Source: an uncultured Actinomycetes bacterium (lineage in GTDB: Bacteria; Actinomycetota; Thermoleophilia; Gaiellales; Gaiellaceae). Taken from it: a DNA stretch of 64,000 nt. A model generated the notes under the pieces. It was not told where the DNA came from, ran no database searches, and saw only the letters and a program-made list of their open reading frames with translations. The stretch lies in the NCBI GenBank assembly GCA_963733015.1, contig CAVTBO010000003.1, positions 44,635 to 108,634 on the forward strand, in the 5' to 3' direction. The stretch's first letter is position 1. Each line of letters opens with the position of its first letter. The position numbers were made by a program, and so were the translations under genes. Shown piece by piece: positions 1 through 9,661 of the stretch.

Positions 1-748
1 GCAGCTCGTCGACCGGTTGAGGAGCGACGTCGCCCCCGCCGCGACGGAAGGCGGCGACGCAGCCGTGTATGTGTCCGGCTTGAACGCGGCGTTCATCGAC
101 ATCGCCGACCGGATCATGGAGCGGCTGCCGCTCTTCCTCCTCTACATCATCGGAGTCACCTTCATCGTGCTCGCGATGGCGTTCCGGTCGATCGTCATCT
201 CGCTCACCGCCGCCGTCACGACGATCCTCTCCGCGTTCGTCGGCTTCGGCGTGCTGACCCTCGTCATCCAGGAGGGCCACGGGATGAGCCTGACCGGGCT
301 CGACCGCACCGGCCCGATCGAGACCTTCGTGCCGCCGATCGCGTTCGCAATCCTCTTCGGGCTCTCGATGGACTACATGGTGTTCCTGATGAGCCGTATC
401 CGGGAGGAACACGTCCACGGACTGAACACCCGGGATGCCGTCGAGCACGGGATCGCCGCGATCGGCCGGGTCATCGTCGCCGCCGCACTGATCATGGGCA
501 CCGTGTTCGCGGCCTTCATTCTCACGTCCGACCGGATCTCGAAGGAGTTCGGCCTCCTCCTCGCCGTGGCGATCCTTACGGACGCACTGCTCGTGAAGAT
601 GACGCTCGTACCGGCGTTCCTGACCATGCTGGGCGAGAAGGCGTGGTACATCCCCGGCTGGCTCGACCGGATCCTGCCGAACGTCACGATCGAGCCGCCG
701 CACGACGGCGAGGAGCCGGGCGGAGTCCCGGCGGAGGCGACCCGCTAA
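1..748 (+). CDS. MMPL/RND-superfamily membrane transporter, C-terminal part (5' end outside window)
   Basis: Open frame enters from left edge and stops at 748; hydrophobic TM bundle with FGLSMDYMVFLMSRIREE and LTDALLVKMTLVPAFLTMLGEKAWYIPGWLDR, as in MMPL C-termini. Confidence 0.75.
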   Translation, partial: QLVDRLRSDVAPAATEGGDAAVYVSGLNAAFIDIADRIMERLPLFLLYIIGVTFIVLAMAFRSIVISLTAAVTTILSAFVGFGVLTLVIQEGHGMSLTGLDRTGPIETFVPPIAFAILFGLSMDYMVFLMSRIREEHVHGLNTRDAVEHGIAAIGRVIVAAALIMGTVFAAFILTSDRISKEFGLLLAVAILTDALLVKMTLVPAFLTMLGEKAWYIPGWLDRILPNVTIEPPHDGEEPGGVPAEATR

Positions 749-1203
749 GGGGAGTAGTGCACTGACCTGAAGCGCCAGGTCTCGGCGAGCCAGCGCGGGA
801 TGAGCTCGCCGAGAGCGGGCTCCAAGTCGGTCCCGACGGCGTCGTCGACGACCCACCAGGTGACGACGGCGTCAGAGCCCGGCGGCGACTCGTCCTCGGG
901 CGGGTCGATGTAGACGCAGCCCAGGAGCTCGGTCTCCCCCTCGTCCAGCACTGCGTAGTTGAACGTCTCCTGCGCGGCGATCTCGCGCTCGTGGCGGGCG
1001 AGATCTTCACGGTCGGCCGCGAAGGACATGTCCGCCGGAGGCCAGCCCCAGGCTTCGCCGTACTTCTCCCACAGACGCTCACGGGAGCCCATCACCGCCG
1101 GGTAGTCGATGTCGACGTCCGCCTCGCGGATCGGACGGAGGTGATGGCCCGTGGACAGGTCGACGCGCTCGGGGTGACGGAATCCTTCGGGGAGCCAGGG
1201 CAT
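745..1203 (-). CDS. small acetyltransferase-like (GNAT-like) protein, family call tentative
   Basis: ATG at 1203 inside the 251-aa ORF; upstream part of that ORF is Arg/Ala-rich shadow sequence; 152-aa product MPWLPEGFRHPERV... has ordinary composition and high GC3. Confidence 0.5.
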   Translation of the reverse strand: MPWLPEGFRHPERVDLSTGHHLRPIREADVDIDYPAVMGSRERLWEKYGEAWGWPPADMSFAADREDLARHEREIAAQETFNYAVLDEGETELLGCVYIDPPEDESPPGSDAVVTWWVVDDAVGTDLEPALGELIPRWLAETWRFRSVHYSP

Positions 1204-1267
1204 GTCGTTCAGCCTACGAGCAGAAGTGGCTCTTCTCGCGGGACCATGACGCCGGTACGCTCCTCGA

Positions 1268-2377
1268 GTGGGCCGCACCACCGCTTCGCTCGCCGCCCTG
1301 GTGGCGGCGTCGTCGGTCGGGATCCTCGCCGACGCGTCCCCCGCCCCGGGAGAATCGCAGGCCGCGTACGCCTTTCGCCCGGTGCTTCGGGCCGCGTTCG
1401 TAACGCATGTCGCCGCACCGCGATCGGCGCCGGGACACCTGTATGTCGTCCAGCAAAACGGCCGGATCCGACTGGCGGTCGGCGGAAAGCTCCGGCGCAA
1501 GGCGTTCCTCGACCTGAGAGGCCGCGTCGTCTTCGGGCGCGAGCAGGGGATGCTGTCAATCGCGTTCCACCCCGCCTACGCGCGCAACCGCCTCGTCTAC
1601 GTCGCCTTCGTCGGCGCCGGGAACATCACGCGTGTCGCCGAGTACCGCGCCAACCGAGCGGGCACCTTCGTGCTCCCCGGAACCAGACGCCTGCTCCTCT
1701 CCGTCCCGCAGCCCGGCGACGAGCACAAGGGCGGTCAGCTCGCGTTCGGCCCCGACGGGAGGCTCTACGTGGGCCTGGGCGACGGGGAGTGCTGTGACGA
1801 TCCCGGGAACCGCGCGCAGAACGTTGCACTGCCGTTCGGGAAGCTGTTCCGGCTGGACGTGTCCGTCCGCAGGCCGGTTGCCGAGATGGTCGCGCTCGGC
1901 CTCCGAAACCCGTGGCGCTTCTCCTTCGATCGTGCGAGCGGCGACCTCTACCTCGGTGACGTCGGTGCCGGGCTCTGGGAGGAGATCGACGTGATCCCGA
2001 GAGCGGAGCTCGGAAGGCTCGTCAACTTCGGGTGGGACGTGTGGGAGGCGCGCGCGATCAAGGAGAACAAGCCGCCGAGCCCGCAAGGCCGCCTCGTCTT
2101 TCCGGTCCACGCCTACGGGCACGACGAGGGCTGCTCGATCACCGGCGGCTTCGTCTACCGCGGGTCCCGCGTTCCCGCGGCCCGCGGCCGCTACTTCTTC
2201 GGCGACTACTGCAGCGGCACGATCTGGAGCCTCAGGATGGAAAACGGCTCCGCCACCGACGTCCGGCGCGAGGGTTTCCGGATCAGAGGCTTGTCGACAT
2301 TCGGAGAGGACGCGCGCGGCGAGCTCTATGCGGCGTCCAACTCCACGGGAAGGGTCTACCGGCTCGCTTCGGTTTGA
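1268..2377 (+). CDS. PQQ-dependent sugar (glucose/sorbosone) dehydrogenase-like beta-propeller, secreted
   Basis: N-terminal signal-like segment; motifs GMLSIAFHP, HKGGQLAFGPDGRLYVGLGDG, GLRNPWRFSFD, GCSITGG typical of soluble GSDH family. Confidence 0.75.
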   Translation: MGRTTASLAALVAASSVGILADASPAPGESQAAYAFRPVLRAAFVTHVAAPRSAPGHLYVVQQNGRIRLAVGGKLRRKAFLDLRGRVVFGREQGMLSIAFHPAYARNRLVYVAFVGAGNITRVAEYRANRAGTFVLPGTRRLLLSVPQPGDEHKGGQLAFGPDGRLYVGLGDGECCDDPGNRAQNVALPFGKLFRLDVSVRRPVAEMVALGLRNPWRFSFDRASGDLYLGDVGAGLWEEIDVIPRAELGRLVNFGWDVWEARAIKENKPPSPQGRLVFPVHAYGHDEGCSITGGFVYRGSRVPAARGRYFFGDYCSGTIWSLRMENGSATDVRREGFRIRGLSTFGEDARGELYAASNSTGRVYRLASV

Positions 2378-2474
2378 CAAGGCCGATTCCGTGACTACCA
2401 TGCGGCGCTGACGAACAGGCCAGGGCCGCGCACCCGCGCGTCTTTCCGCGCAGCCCGACGTTCCTCTCTCCTCT

Positions 2475-2966
2475 ATGCCGCTCCGTTTTCGCAGCCGTCT
2501 GCTTGCGTTCGCCCTTGCCGCGATCGTCTTCGCGTGCGTGGCTCCGGCGGCCTCGGCGAAGCTCGACGGCCCCCCGCGGCGCGAGCCGCCGAAGCCGGTG
2601 CCGACGCTCGGCCAGCGCGCCGCCAAGGTCGCACTTCGTGCGGTGGGCGTTCCCTACCGCTGGGGAGGCTCGTCTCCGTCCGGCGGCTTCGACTGCTCCG
2701 GGCTCGTCTACTGGGCCTACAGCCGCCTCGGGATCTCGGTGCCGCACAGCTCGTACGCTCTGTACGGCCTCGGGAGGAACGTCGCGCGGTCTCGGCTGAA
2801 GCCCGGCGACCTCCTCTTCTTCTCCGGACTGGGCCATGTCGGCCTGTACATCGGGCGCGGCCGCATGGTGCACGCGCCGCAGTCCGGGAGGAACGTCGAG
2901 ATAGTCCCGCTCGGCCGGTCGCACTACGGCAGCCGCCTCGTCGGCGCCCGCCGCCTCGTCGCCTAG
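2475..2966 (+). CDS. NlpC/P60 (C40) family cell-wall peptidase
   Basis: Signal peptide then GVPYRWGGSSPSGGFDCSGLVYWAY ... GHVGLYIGRGRMVHAP (Cys-His catalytic pair context). Confidence 0.9.
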   Translation: MPLRFRSRLLAFALAAIVFACVAPAASAKLDGPPRREPPKPVPTLGQRAAKVALRAVGVPYRWGGSSPSGGFDCSGLVYWAYSRLGISVPHSSYALYGLGRNVARSRLKPGDLLFFSGLGHVGLYIGRGRMVHAPQSGRNVEIVPLGRSHYGSRLVGARRLVA

Positions 2967-3802
2967 GAGAGCTCCACGACCATGCCCTCGCGGGCGAGGG
3001 TTGGCCGGCCGTTCCCTTTGACGAGCTCCTGCGCGTGATCCTCGAGCCCCGAGAGGACCTCGTCCGAATGGTGCGGCTCGTGGTGGAAGAGGACGATGCG
3101 GCGCGCACCGAGGGCCTCGGCGTACGCGACCGCGTCCGACACGCTCGAATGGCCCCACCCGATCCGCGCTTGATACTCGTCCTCGAAGTACTGCGCGTCG
3201 TGGAGGAGCACGTCGACGTCCGCTGCGATCGCGGCGCCGGAGATCCAGTCTGAAGACCGTTCCTCGATGCCGGTGAGCGCCGGCTCGTGGTCGGGCAGGT
3301 ACGCGACGCTCTTTCCGTCGGCCTCGATCCGGTACCCGACCGTCGGGCCGCGATGGACGACGAGCGCTGCCGTGACCAGGGCGCTCTCCAGCTGCCACGG
3401 CTGACGCGGCGCGTCTCGAAACCTGACCGTGGCCGGCACATCGTTGAGGTCGATCGGGAAGAGCGGCGGCGAGAACGTCCGTGAGATCGTCTCCTCGAGG
3501 CTCAGGACCGTCGAGGGTGGGCCCCAGACGTCGACTGTCACATTCGCGTCGAAGATCGGCGCGAAGAAGCGCAGCCCTTCGACGTGGTCCAGATGCAGAT
3601 GCGTCAGAAGCAGATGGATGCGGCTCGTGCCTCGCTCGGCGAGATCGTCGCCGAGATCCCTGATCCCGGTGCCCGCGTCGAGCACGAGCACCGTTCCGTC
3701 GTCGAGCGACACCTCGACGCACGACGTGTTGCCGCCGCAGATCACCGTCGTCGGGCCAGGCGTCGCCATCGAACCGCGGCAGCCCCAGATCTTCAGGCGC
3801 AT
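2963..3802 (-). CDS. MBL-fold metallo-hydrolase
   Basis: LLTHLHLDHVEGL zinc motif, whole 279-aa ORF, 4-nt convergent overlap with NlpC/P60 stop. Confidence 0.8.
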   Translation of the reverse strand: MRLKIWGCRGSMATPGPTTVICGGNTSCVEVSLDDGTVLVLDAGTGIRDLGDDLAERGTSRIHLLLTHLHLDHVEGLRFFAPIFDANVTVDVWGPPSTVLSLEETISRTFSPPLFPIDLNDVPATVRFRDAPRQPWQLESALVTAALVVHRGPTVGYRIEADGKSVAYLPDHEPALTGIEERSSDWISGAAIAADVDVLLHDAQYFEDEYQARIGWGHSSVSDAVAYAEALGARRIVLFHHEPHHSDEVLSGLEDHAQELVKGNGRPTLAREGMVVELS

Positions 3803-3814
3803 AGGGCCACCACG

Positions 3815-4135
3815 TTACTCGCGCCAGAAGATCGTCATGATCCCGACGAACTCGTCGGCGTGGGCGAAGAGCGGGAACCCCGTGACCGAGATCTCGCGGT
3901 CTGCCCCGTCGGCGCCCGTGATCATGAACCGCTCGTGCGCCGCACGGCGCTCGTCGAGCGCGATCCGTGCCGGCCTACGCTCCGGCGGCAGCGGCTCACC
4001 TTCCCGCGTCCGAGGATTGAAGCCGGCCGTGAACTCGTCGACCGGCACCTCTCCGACCTCGGCGAATTGCCTGCCGAAGAGCTCTTCCGCCGCATCGTTG
4101 AAGAAGACGAGCTGACCCTCCTCGTTGACGATCAT
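3815..4135 (-). CDS. stand-alone PAS-domain protein (start uncertain)
   Basis: 106-aa ORF with PAS-like sequence (GQLVFFNDAAEELFG ... ITGADGADREISVTGFPL); sense-looking sequence continues about 60 nt upstream to a TGA without ATG/GTG/TTG. Confidence 0.55.
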   Translation of the reverse strand: MIVNEEGQLVFFNDAAEELFGRQFAEVGEVPVDEFTAGFNPRTREGEPLPPERRPARIALDERRAAHERFMITGADGADREISVTGFPLFAHADEFVGIMTIFWRE

Positions 4136-4259
4136 CGTCGCCGTTGCGAGGTTCGAGGCGAACTCGCGCGCCAGGATGAGAACGAGGTGCTTGGGACGTC
4201 GTCGTTCCAGGGCTCAAGCGTACGCCGCGACGCCGCCTGGTGGAAAGCGGCGACAACGA

Positions 4260-5417
4260 TCAATAGACCGGGGCGTCCACACGCACGTCGCATGACTCGG
4301 CTTCGCCGGCCACGAAGTCGAGCATCCGCCCGGCTTCGGCGGTCACCTCGGCCCGCTCGCGCCTGGAGAACGCTCTGTGCGGCCGGATCCCCAGAGTCAC
4401 CGCCGCCTTGCCCTCTCGCTCGAGCCACCAGGTCGCACGGAGCACGCCGTCGACGAGCACGCTGCTGACGAAGCGCCCCGGCGCCAGCATCGCCTTCCAC
4501 GGGAAGTCGGGCGGGATGATCCGCGTCCGGTCAGCGTGCCCGAGGAGGACGTTGTCGTACTCGCCCAGGAATCGGACCGGCGCTGGGACGCTTGGATCGG
4601 GCCGGGGCGCGTCGGGGAGGTCGTAGAGCTCTCTGCCGCTCTCGTCCTGGAACACGACCAGGCGGTCGCGGAGCTGCTCGAACACCTCTCTGAGCCTCGT
4701 CAAACCTGACCAGTTCTGGATGTCGGCGACCGACGCCGGACCGAACGCGCGGAGGTACCGCAGGACGAAGTCATCGACCGAGGGCTCGGGCCCGAGCTCG
4801 CGCCCCGTCCACGACTGAATCGTCGCGAGCTTCGCCTGGCCGGTCTTGCCCCACACGCCGCGTGGCGTCACCTGGACGAGCGGAAGGTGCGTGCGAGCCG
4901 CGTTGCTGATCGCCTCGGCGTCATCGCCGAACCCCCGCGCGACGAGGCGTCGACCGAGCTCCCGCCCGCCGAGCGGCTCTTCGGCCAGCAGCTCACGCGC
5001 CGTCTCCATGAGCGCCTCGATGTCGGCGCCGCCCATCCGGCGACCGTAATGACCGCCCCGGTGCTGCCGCTCCGCCACGACCTGCGTCAACGGCTTGAGC
5101 GCGAGCGCATCCCGGGTTGTGACGAGATGGATAGTCCCGCGCATCAGCCAGAGCCGCACGGCCTCACGCTCCTCGAGTAGCCGCCCGAGCTCGTGGGGGT
5201 CGAAGCCCTCGAGGCGAGACCAGAGCCCGTAGTACGGGGGCATGACGTCCTGGGCCTGGAGCCCGACGAGGTGCTCGACGGCGTCGGCGACCGGCATCTC
5301 CACCCGTCGCAAGAGCAGCTGCCGCTCCAGGAGCGCCCGGTTCAGCGCGCGGTTGCTGAGGGCCTCGGCGCTCAGTCGACGAGCTTGCGCGTCATCCCGA
5401 TGATCGCAATGCGCCAC
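4260..5417 (-). CDS. winged-helix DNA-binding protein, AlkZ/YcaQ-like (DNA crosslink glycosylase family)
   Basis: LSNRALNRALLERQLLLRRV..AVEHLVGLQAQ..YYGLWSRLEGF..LWLMRGTIHLV, typical N-terminus of this family; start set at GTG 5417, first plausible codon before this motif (CTG 5375 and ATG 5294 are alternatives). Confidence 0.65.
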   Translation of the reverse strand: MAHCDHRDDAQARRLSAEALSNRALNRALLERQLLLRRVEMPVADAVEHLVGLQAQDVMPPYYGLWSRLEGFDPHELGRLLEEREAVRLWLMRGTIHLVTTRDALALKPLTQVVAERQHRGGHYGRRMGGADIEALMETARELLAEEPLGGRELGRRLVARGFGDDAEAISNAARTHLPLVQVTPRGVWGKTGQAKLATIQSWTGRELGPEPSVDDFVLRYLRAFGPASVADIQNWSGLTRLREVFEQLRDRLVVFQDESGRELYDLPDAPRPDPSVPAPVRFLGEYDNVLLGHADRTRIIPPDFPWKAMLAPGRFVSSVLVDGVLRATWWLEREGKAAVTLGIRPHRAFSRRERAEVTAEAGRMLDFVAGEAESCDVRVDAPVY

Positions 5418-6172
5418 GTCAGGATTCCAAAGCCGACGAGGAAACCGAGGTGCGCGACGTCGACCCAGCCGGCCCAGCCGTAAAGCACGGCGTCGCGCAG
5501 GAGCTGGACGAGATGGTAGAGCGGGTTCAGCTGCGCAAGCGCCTGGAGCCAGTCCGGGAATCCGTCCAGCGGGAAGAACGACCCCGCGAGCAGGAAGAGC
5601 GGCGTCAGCACGGCACTGACCACATAGTTGAAGTTCTCGAACGACTTGGAGAAGCCGGCGACCGAGATCCCGAAGTTCGCCCAGCCGAAGCCGGCGATCC
5701 AGGCGATGAACGGCACGGCGAGCATGCCCCAGGCCGGGTCGAGCCCGAAGAACATCGCCACGATCATGGGGACGCACCCATAGACGCCGGCGCGTGTCGC
5801 GATCCAGATCGCCTCCGCGCTGACAAGTTCCTCTGTGTCGACGGGAGCGGCGAGGATCGCGTCGTAGGTGCGCTGGAACTGGTACTTGACGAACGTCCCG
5901 AACATCCCCGGGAAGGCGCTCGAGAAGAGGACGGCGGTGGCCACCGTCCCGGTGCCGACGAAGTCGACATAGGAGACGCCGTTGATCGTGCTGACGAGCG
6001 AGCCGAAGCCGAACCCGAACGCAAGAAGGTAGATCGTCGGCTCGACGGTGGACGAGAAGGTGCTCGACTTCCAGTACGAGGAGTAGTTGACGACCTCGCG
6101 GACGAGGACGCCGGTCAGCGCCCGGCGCTCGAGGCGGCCGATCCGCTTCTCACGCTGCGCAACGACACTCAT
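5372..6172 (-). CDS. ABC-2 type exporter permease
   Basis: 266-aa six-TM protein; ATGA start/stop overlap (6169-6172) with upstream ATPase gene. Confidence 0.8.
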   Translation of the reverse strand: MSVVAQREKRIGRLERRALTGVLVREVVNYSSYWKSSTFSSTVEPTIYLLAFGFGFGSLVSTINGVSYVDFVGTGTVATAVLFSSAFPGMFGTFVKYQFQRTYDAILAAPVDTEELVSAEAIWIATRAGVYGCVPMIVAMFFGLDPAWGMLAVPFIAWIAGFGWANFGISVAGFSKSFENFNYVVSAVLTPLFLLAGSFFPLDGFPDWLQALAQLNPLYHLVQLLRDAVLYGWAGWVDVAHLGFLVGFGILTWRIAIIGMTRKLVD

Positions 6173-7134
6173 TCGATCTCTTCGCCGGTGAGGAGAACGA
6201 AGACGTCCTCGAGATTTGCCGGCCGCCGGACGCCGTCGAACCCGCGAAAGCCGTCGACATCGAGGATCGAGACGCTCGTGCCGGTGCGACGGGTCCGCAG
6301 GCCCGCGCTGTCGGCCTCCGCCTCGACCTCGCGTAGGCGGTCGGGAGGCCCGTAGACCTCGAGCGCGTCGCTGCCGGCGTACTCCCGCACGAGCTCGGCC
6401 GGCGCGCCGGCGGCTACCGCCTTGCCGTGGGACATGATCATCACGGTGTCCGCGAGTCGCTGGGCCTCCTCGATGTAGTGCGTCGACATCAGGATCGTCG
6501 TTCCCTCCGAGCGGAGAGCGTCGATCAGGGCCCAGAGCTCCTGGCGAACCTGTGGGTCGAGCCCAACGGTCGGCTCGTCCAGGAGGATGAGGCGCGGACG
6601 GTGGATGAGCGCCCGCGCGATCAGCAGGCGCCGGCGCATGCCGCCGGAGAGCTTGTCCACGCGGTCGCCTCGCCTCTCCACGAGCTTGGCCATCACGAGG
6701 GCGCGCTCGATCGCCTCCTTCCGGTCACAGCGCGGGATCCGGTACAGGTGCGAGAAGACGAGCAGGTTCTGCTCGACCGTCAGCGTCGTGTCCAGGTTGT
6801 CCAGCTGCGGCGTGACGCCGAGCTGCGCGCGCGCCTGCTTCGACTCGTCGGGAAGCTTGTAGCCGAGCACCTCGATCTCTCCCTCGTCGGCGATCGACTG
6901 GGCCGTGAGGAGGCGCATCGTCGTCGATTTTCCGGCGCCGTTCGGGCCGAGCAAGCCGACGCAGGTTCCCATCGGGACATCGAGGTCGAGGCCGTCGACA
7001 GCGGTGATCGACCCGTAGCGCTTGACGGCGCCGCGGAGGCGGATGGCGAGGTCCGGCGGCACCGCCTCAGCATGCCATTCGACGGTCGGGTGGCCGACCG
7101 AGTCGGTTTGACCGTGCGTGTGGGCCGCATGCAC
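6169..7134 (-). CDS. ABC transporter ATP-binding protein (DrrA/NodI-like)
   Basis: Walker A GPNGAGKST, signature LSGGMRRRL, Walker B LILLDEPT; start placed at GTG 7134 (N-terminal part of the 375-aa ORF is non-protein-like). Confidence 0.8.
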   Translation of the reverse strand: MHAAHTHGQTDSVGHPTVEWHAEAVPPDLAIRLRGAVKRYGSITAVDGLDLDVPMGTCVGLLGPNGAGKSTTMRLLTAQSIADEGEIEVLGYKLPDESKQARAQLGVTPQLDNLDTTLTVEQNLLVFSHLYRIPRCDRKEAIERALVMAKLVERRGDRVDKLSGGMRRRLLIARALIHRPRLILLDEPTVGLDPQVRQELWALIDALRSEGTTILMSTHYIEEAQRLADTVMIMSHGKAVAAGAPAELVREYAGSDALEVYGPPDRLREVEAEADSAGLRTRRTGTSVSILDVDGFRGFDGVRRPANLEDVFVLLTGEEIE

Positions 7135-7144
7135 ACTCGCTCCA

Positions 7145-7720
7145 ATGTCAGACCTGCATGACTTCGGCGGCGACTTCGAAAGTGCGCTGGAGCGCGTCAA
7201 CGTCCCTGCGTACGTCATCGACACGAGCGGCGTCGTTCGCTGGATCAACGAGGCCGCGCGCCGGCTCGTCGGCGATGTGCGCGGCCGCCAGTTCACGTCG
7301 GTCGTCGCGCCGGAGGACCGGCGCCGAGCCCAAGACCTTTTCGCGCAGAAGGTTGCGGGAGGAGCCGAGGTGACGGACGCCGAGGTCGTGGTCCTCGACG
7401 CACAAGGCGATCGAATGGCCGTCGAGGTCAGCTCGGTCCCTTTGGAGAGGGGCGGCCACGTCTTCGGCGTCTTCGGCCAGGCATTCCAACGACCCGTCGA
7501 AGCCGCGCCCGCTCACCCCGCGCTCACGCCGCGCCAGGCCGAGGTGCTCCGCCTGCTCGAGCACGGTCTTTCGACACGCCAGATCGCCGAGGAACTCCAT
7601 CTGAGCCCCGAAACGGTCAAGAACCACGTGCGCGAAATCCTGCGGAAGTTCGGAGTGAACTCCCGGCTCGCGGCGGTCGCACACGCGCGCGACGAGACGC
7701 GTGAGCTCAAAGGTGATTAG
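7145..7720 (+). CDS. PAS-domain / LuxR-family (HTH) transcriptional regulator
   Basis: ATG 7145; C-terminal LTPRQAEVLRLLEHGLSTRQIAEELHLSPETVKNHVREILRKFGV is a LuxR/GerE HTH. Confidence 0.8.
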   Translation: MSDLHDFGGDFESALERVNVPAYVIDTSGVVRWINEAARRLVGDVRGRQFTSVVAPEDRRRAQDLFAQKVAGGAEVTDAEVVVLDAQGDRMAVEVSSVPLERGGHVFGVFGQAFQRPVEAAPAHPALTPRQAEVLRLLEHGLSTRQIAEELHLSPETVKNHVREILRKFGVNSRLAAVAHARDETRELKGD

Positions 7721-7727
7721 CGGCCAG

Positions 7728-8042
7728 ATGACGGCTCGTCTCGCCCTCGCTGCGCTGCTCGCGCTCGCGCTCGTCGGCGGTGCTCAGGCCGCGGCGGCCG
7801 CACCCGACGCTGTGCGCGACTGCAACCACTTCATCCGCTACCCGAACTCGAAGGTCTCGTCAGTTCGCAACATGACGTGTCGAGCGGCGGTCCGCGAGAT
7901 GCGCCGCTACCGGGGAAACATTCACCGGCGGTTCCGGACCCCGGGCGGCTTCGTGTGCGGACGCGTGTCGGGCGGCCCGCTCGGCGGTCAGTGGCGATGC
8001 GTCAGGGGCTCGCGCGCTTTCCGCTTCGAGTTCGGCGACTAG
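7728..8042 (+). CDS. small secreted Cys-containing hypothetical protein
   Basis: ATG 7728 followed by signal peptide MTARLALAALLALALVGGAQAAAAAP; four Cys in mature part; no family recognised. Confidence 0.5.
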   Translation: MTARLALAALLALALVGGAQAAAAAPDAVRDCNHFIRYPNSKVSSVRNMTCRAAVREMRRYRGNIHRRFRTPGGFVCGRVSGGPLGGQWRCVRGSRAFRFEFGD

Positions 8043-8619
8043 CCGCCATGGGGTACGGCGTCTCGCCCCGGCTCAACATCGAAACGAACTTCTCGATCCG
8101 TTGGGCGCGCGTCTCGGGTCGCTTCGCGTCGCTGACGCGGTAGAGGATCGCGTAGCGGTTCTGGGCGTCAAGGTGCTCGAAGAGCTCTTTCGCCTTCGGG
8201 CTCGCTTCGAGCGCCGCGAGCAACTCCGGCGTCGGCTGGATCTTGCTCGGGCTGTCGTAGGCGGCGTCCCACCGGCCGTCCGCCTTCGCACGCTCGACCT
8301 CGGCGAGGCCCGCCGGCTGCATTTTTCCCTGCTCGATGAGCCCGGTTGCCTTGTCCCGGTTGATCTTCGACCACCTACTCCGAGCCCGCCTCGGCGTGAA
8401 GCGCTGCAGGTAGTAGTCGTCGTCGAGGCTTTTCGTCTGACCGTCGATCCAGCCGTAGCAGAGCGCGACCTCGACCGCCTCCTGGTAGCTGACCGTCCTC
8501 TTTCCCGATCCCTTCTTGGCGAACTTGAGCCGGACGCCCTCGTCGTTTCCGTGGTTTCGGTCCAGCCATCGCTCCCAGGTCTCCTGGCTCGCGAAAGACT
8601 TGATGGGCGGGTCCGCCAT
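8002..8619 (-). CDS. YdeI/OmpD-associated (bacteriocin-protection) family protein
   Basis: ATG 8619; WERWLDRNH...GVRLKFAKKGSGK..SYQEAVEVALCYGWIDGQ...RFTPRRARSRWSKIN...NRYAILYRV pattern of this family. Confidence 0.7.
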   Translation of the reverse strand: MADPPIKSFASQETWERWLDRNHGNDEGVRLKFAKKGSGKRTVSYQEAVEVALCYGWIDGQTKSLDDDYYLQRFTPRRARSRWSKINRDKATGLIEQGKMQPAGLAEVERAKADGRWDAAYDSPSKIQPTPELLAALEASPKAKELFEHLDAQNRYAILYRVSDAKRPETRAQRIEKFVSMLSRGETPYPMAASRRTRSGKRASP

Positions 8620-8653
8620 CGATGATTTTTCCGCCGACCGCCCGTCATACTCG

Positions 8654-9661
8654 ATGATGAGCCAAGGAATGGCGGGAACGGGAGCCCTCACGGCGGCGCG
8701 CGCCGGCGACGAGTCGGCTTTCTCCGCGCTCGTGGAGCGTCACCGACGCGAGATCCATGTGCACTGCTACCGGATGCTCGGCTCACTCGAGGATGCCGAG
8801 GACCTCACGCAGGAGACATTCCTGCGCGCCTGGCGAAAGCGAACCTCTTTCCGAGGCGACTCGTCGTTCCGGGCGTGGCTGTACGGCATTGCCACGAACG
8901 CCTGCCTCGACGCGCTCGCCGCGCGCCCGCGGATACCGACGCCCGAGGGCGGGCGGCCGCTGGGAGAGGTTCCCTGGCTCCAGCCGTATCCGGACCGACT
9001 GCTCGAAGGGGTCGCGCCCAGCGACGAGGAGCCGGAAGCCGAGCTCGTCGCGAAGGAGACGATGGAGCTCGCGTTCATCGCGGCGATCCAGCTCCTGCCT
9101 CCGAAGCAGCGGGCAGCGCTCATCTCGAAGGACGTGCTCGGTTGGTCCGTGGCGGAGTGCGCGGCGCTCCTCGAAACAAGCGTCGCCGCAGTGAACAGCG
9201 CACTCCAGCGGGCTCGGGCGACCCTCAAGCGCCACCTCCCGGCCCGGCGCCTCGAATGGGACGCAACCGTCGATCCGAACGAGGAGGAGCGCCGGCTGCT
9301 CGAGCGGTACATGGAGGCGACCGAGAAGGGCGACCCGAACGCGGTTGCGCAGCTGCTCCGGGAGGATGCGTTCTGCTCGATGCCTCCGGACCCGAAGTGG
9401 TGGGTCGGGAACTGGGAGATCGTGGACGCCTGGGTGCAGGGCGGCTGGGGCGACGATGCCTGGGGCCGCCTGCGCTGCGTGCCGACGAGCGCCAACCAGC
9501 AGCCGGCTGTCGCCTGCTACGTCAAACGCGCCGGCGACAGCGAATACAGGCCGCTCGCGGTCGACGTGCTCCGGATCGAGGACGGCGCGGTTGCCGAGAT
9601 CACCGCGTTCTCCCTCGACGAGAAGCTGCTCGAGGCGCTCGGTCTGCCACCGACGCTCTGA
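8654..9661 (+). CDS. ECF RNA polymerase sigma factor with C-terminal SnoaL-like extension (ECF41/SigJ-like)
   Basis: Region 2 (DAEDLTQETFLRAWR) and region 4 (LLPPKQRAALISKDVLGWSVAECAALLETSVAAVNSALQRAR) followed by about 130 extra residues; start ATG 8654 (8669 possible). Confidence 0.85.
   Translation: MMSQGMAGTGALTAARAGDESAFSALVERHRREIHVHCYRMLGSLEDAEDLTQETFLRAWRKRTSFRGDSSFRAWLYGIATNACLDALAARPRIPTPEGGRPLGEVPWLQPYPDRLLEGVAPSDEEPEAELVAKETMELAFIAAIQLLPPKQRAALISKDVLGWSVAECAALLETSVAAVNSALQRARATLKRHLPARRLEWDATVDPNEEERRLLERYMEATEKGDPNAVAQLLREDAFCSMPPDPKWWVGNWEIVDAWVQGGWGDDAWGRLRCVPTSANQQPAVACYVKRAGDSEYRPLAVDVLRIEDGAVAEITAFSLDEKLLEALGLPPTL

Noticed and set aside
2378-2474. Possible cyclic-di-AMP (ydaO-type) riboswitch upstream of the NlpC/P60 gene, as seen in many Actinomycetota
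   Set aside because: The spacer is only 97 nt, and I could not find the conserved ydaO core segments. It contains just a GC hairpin that may terminate the upstream gene. A covariance-model scan would settle it.
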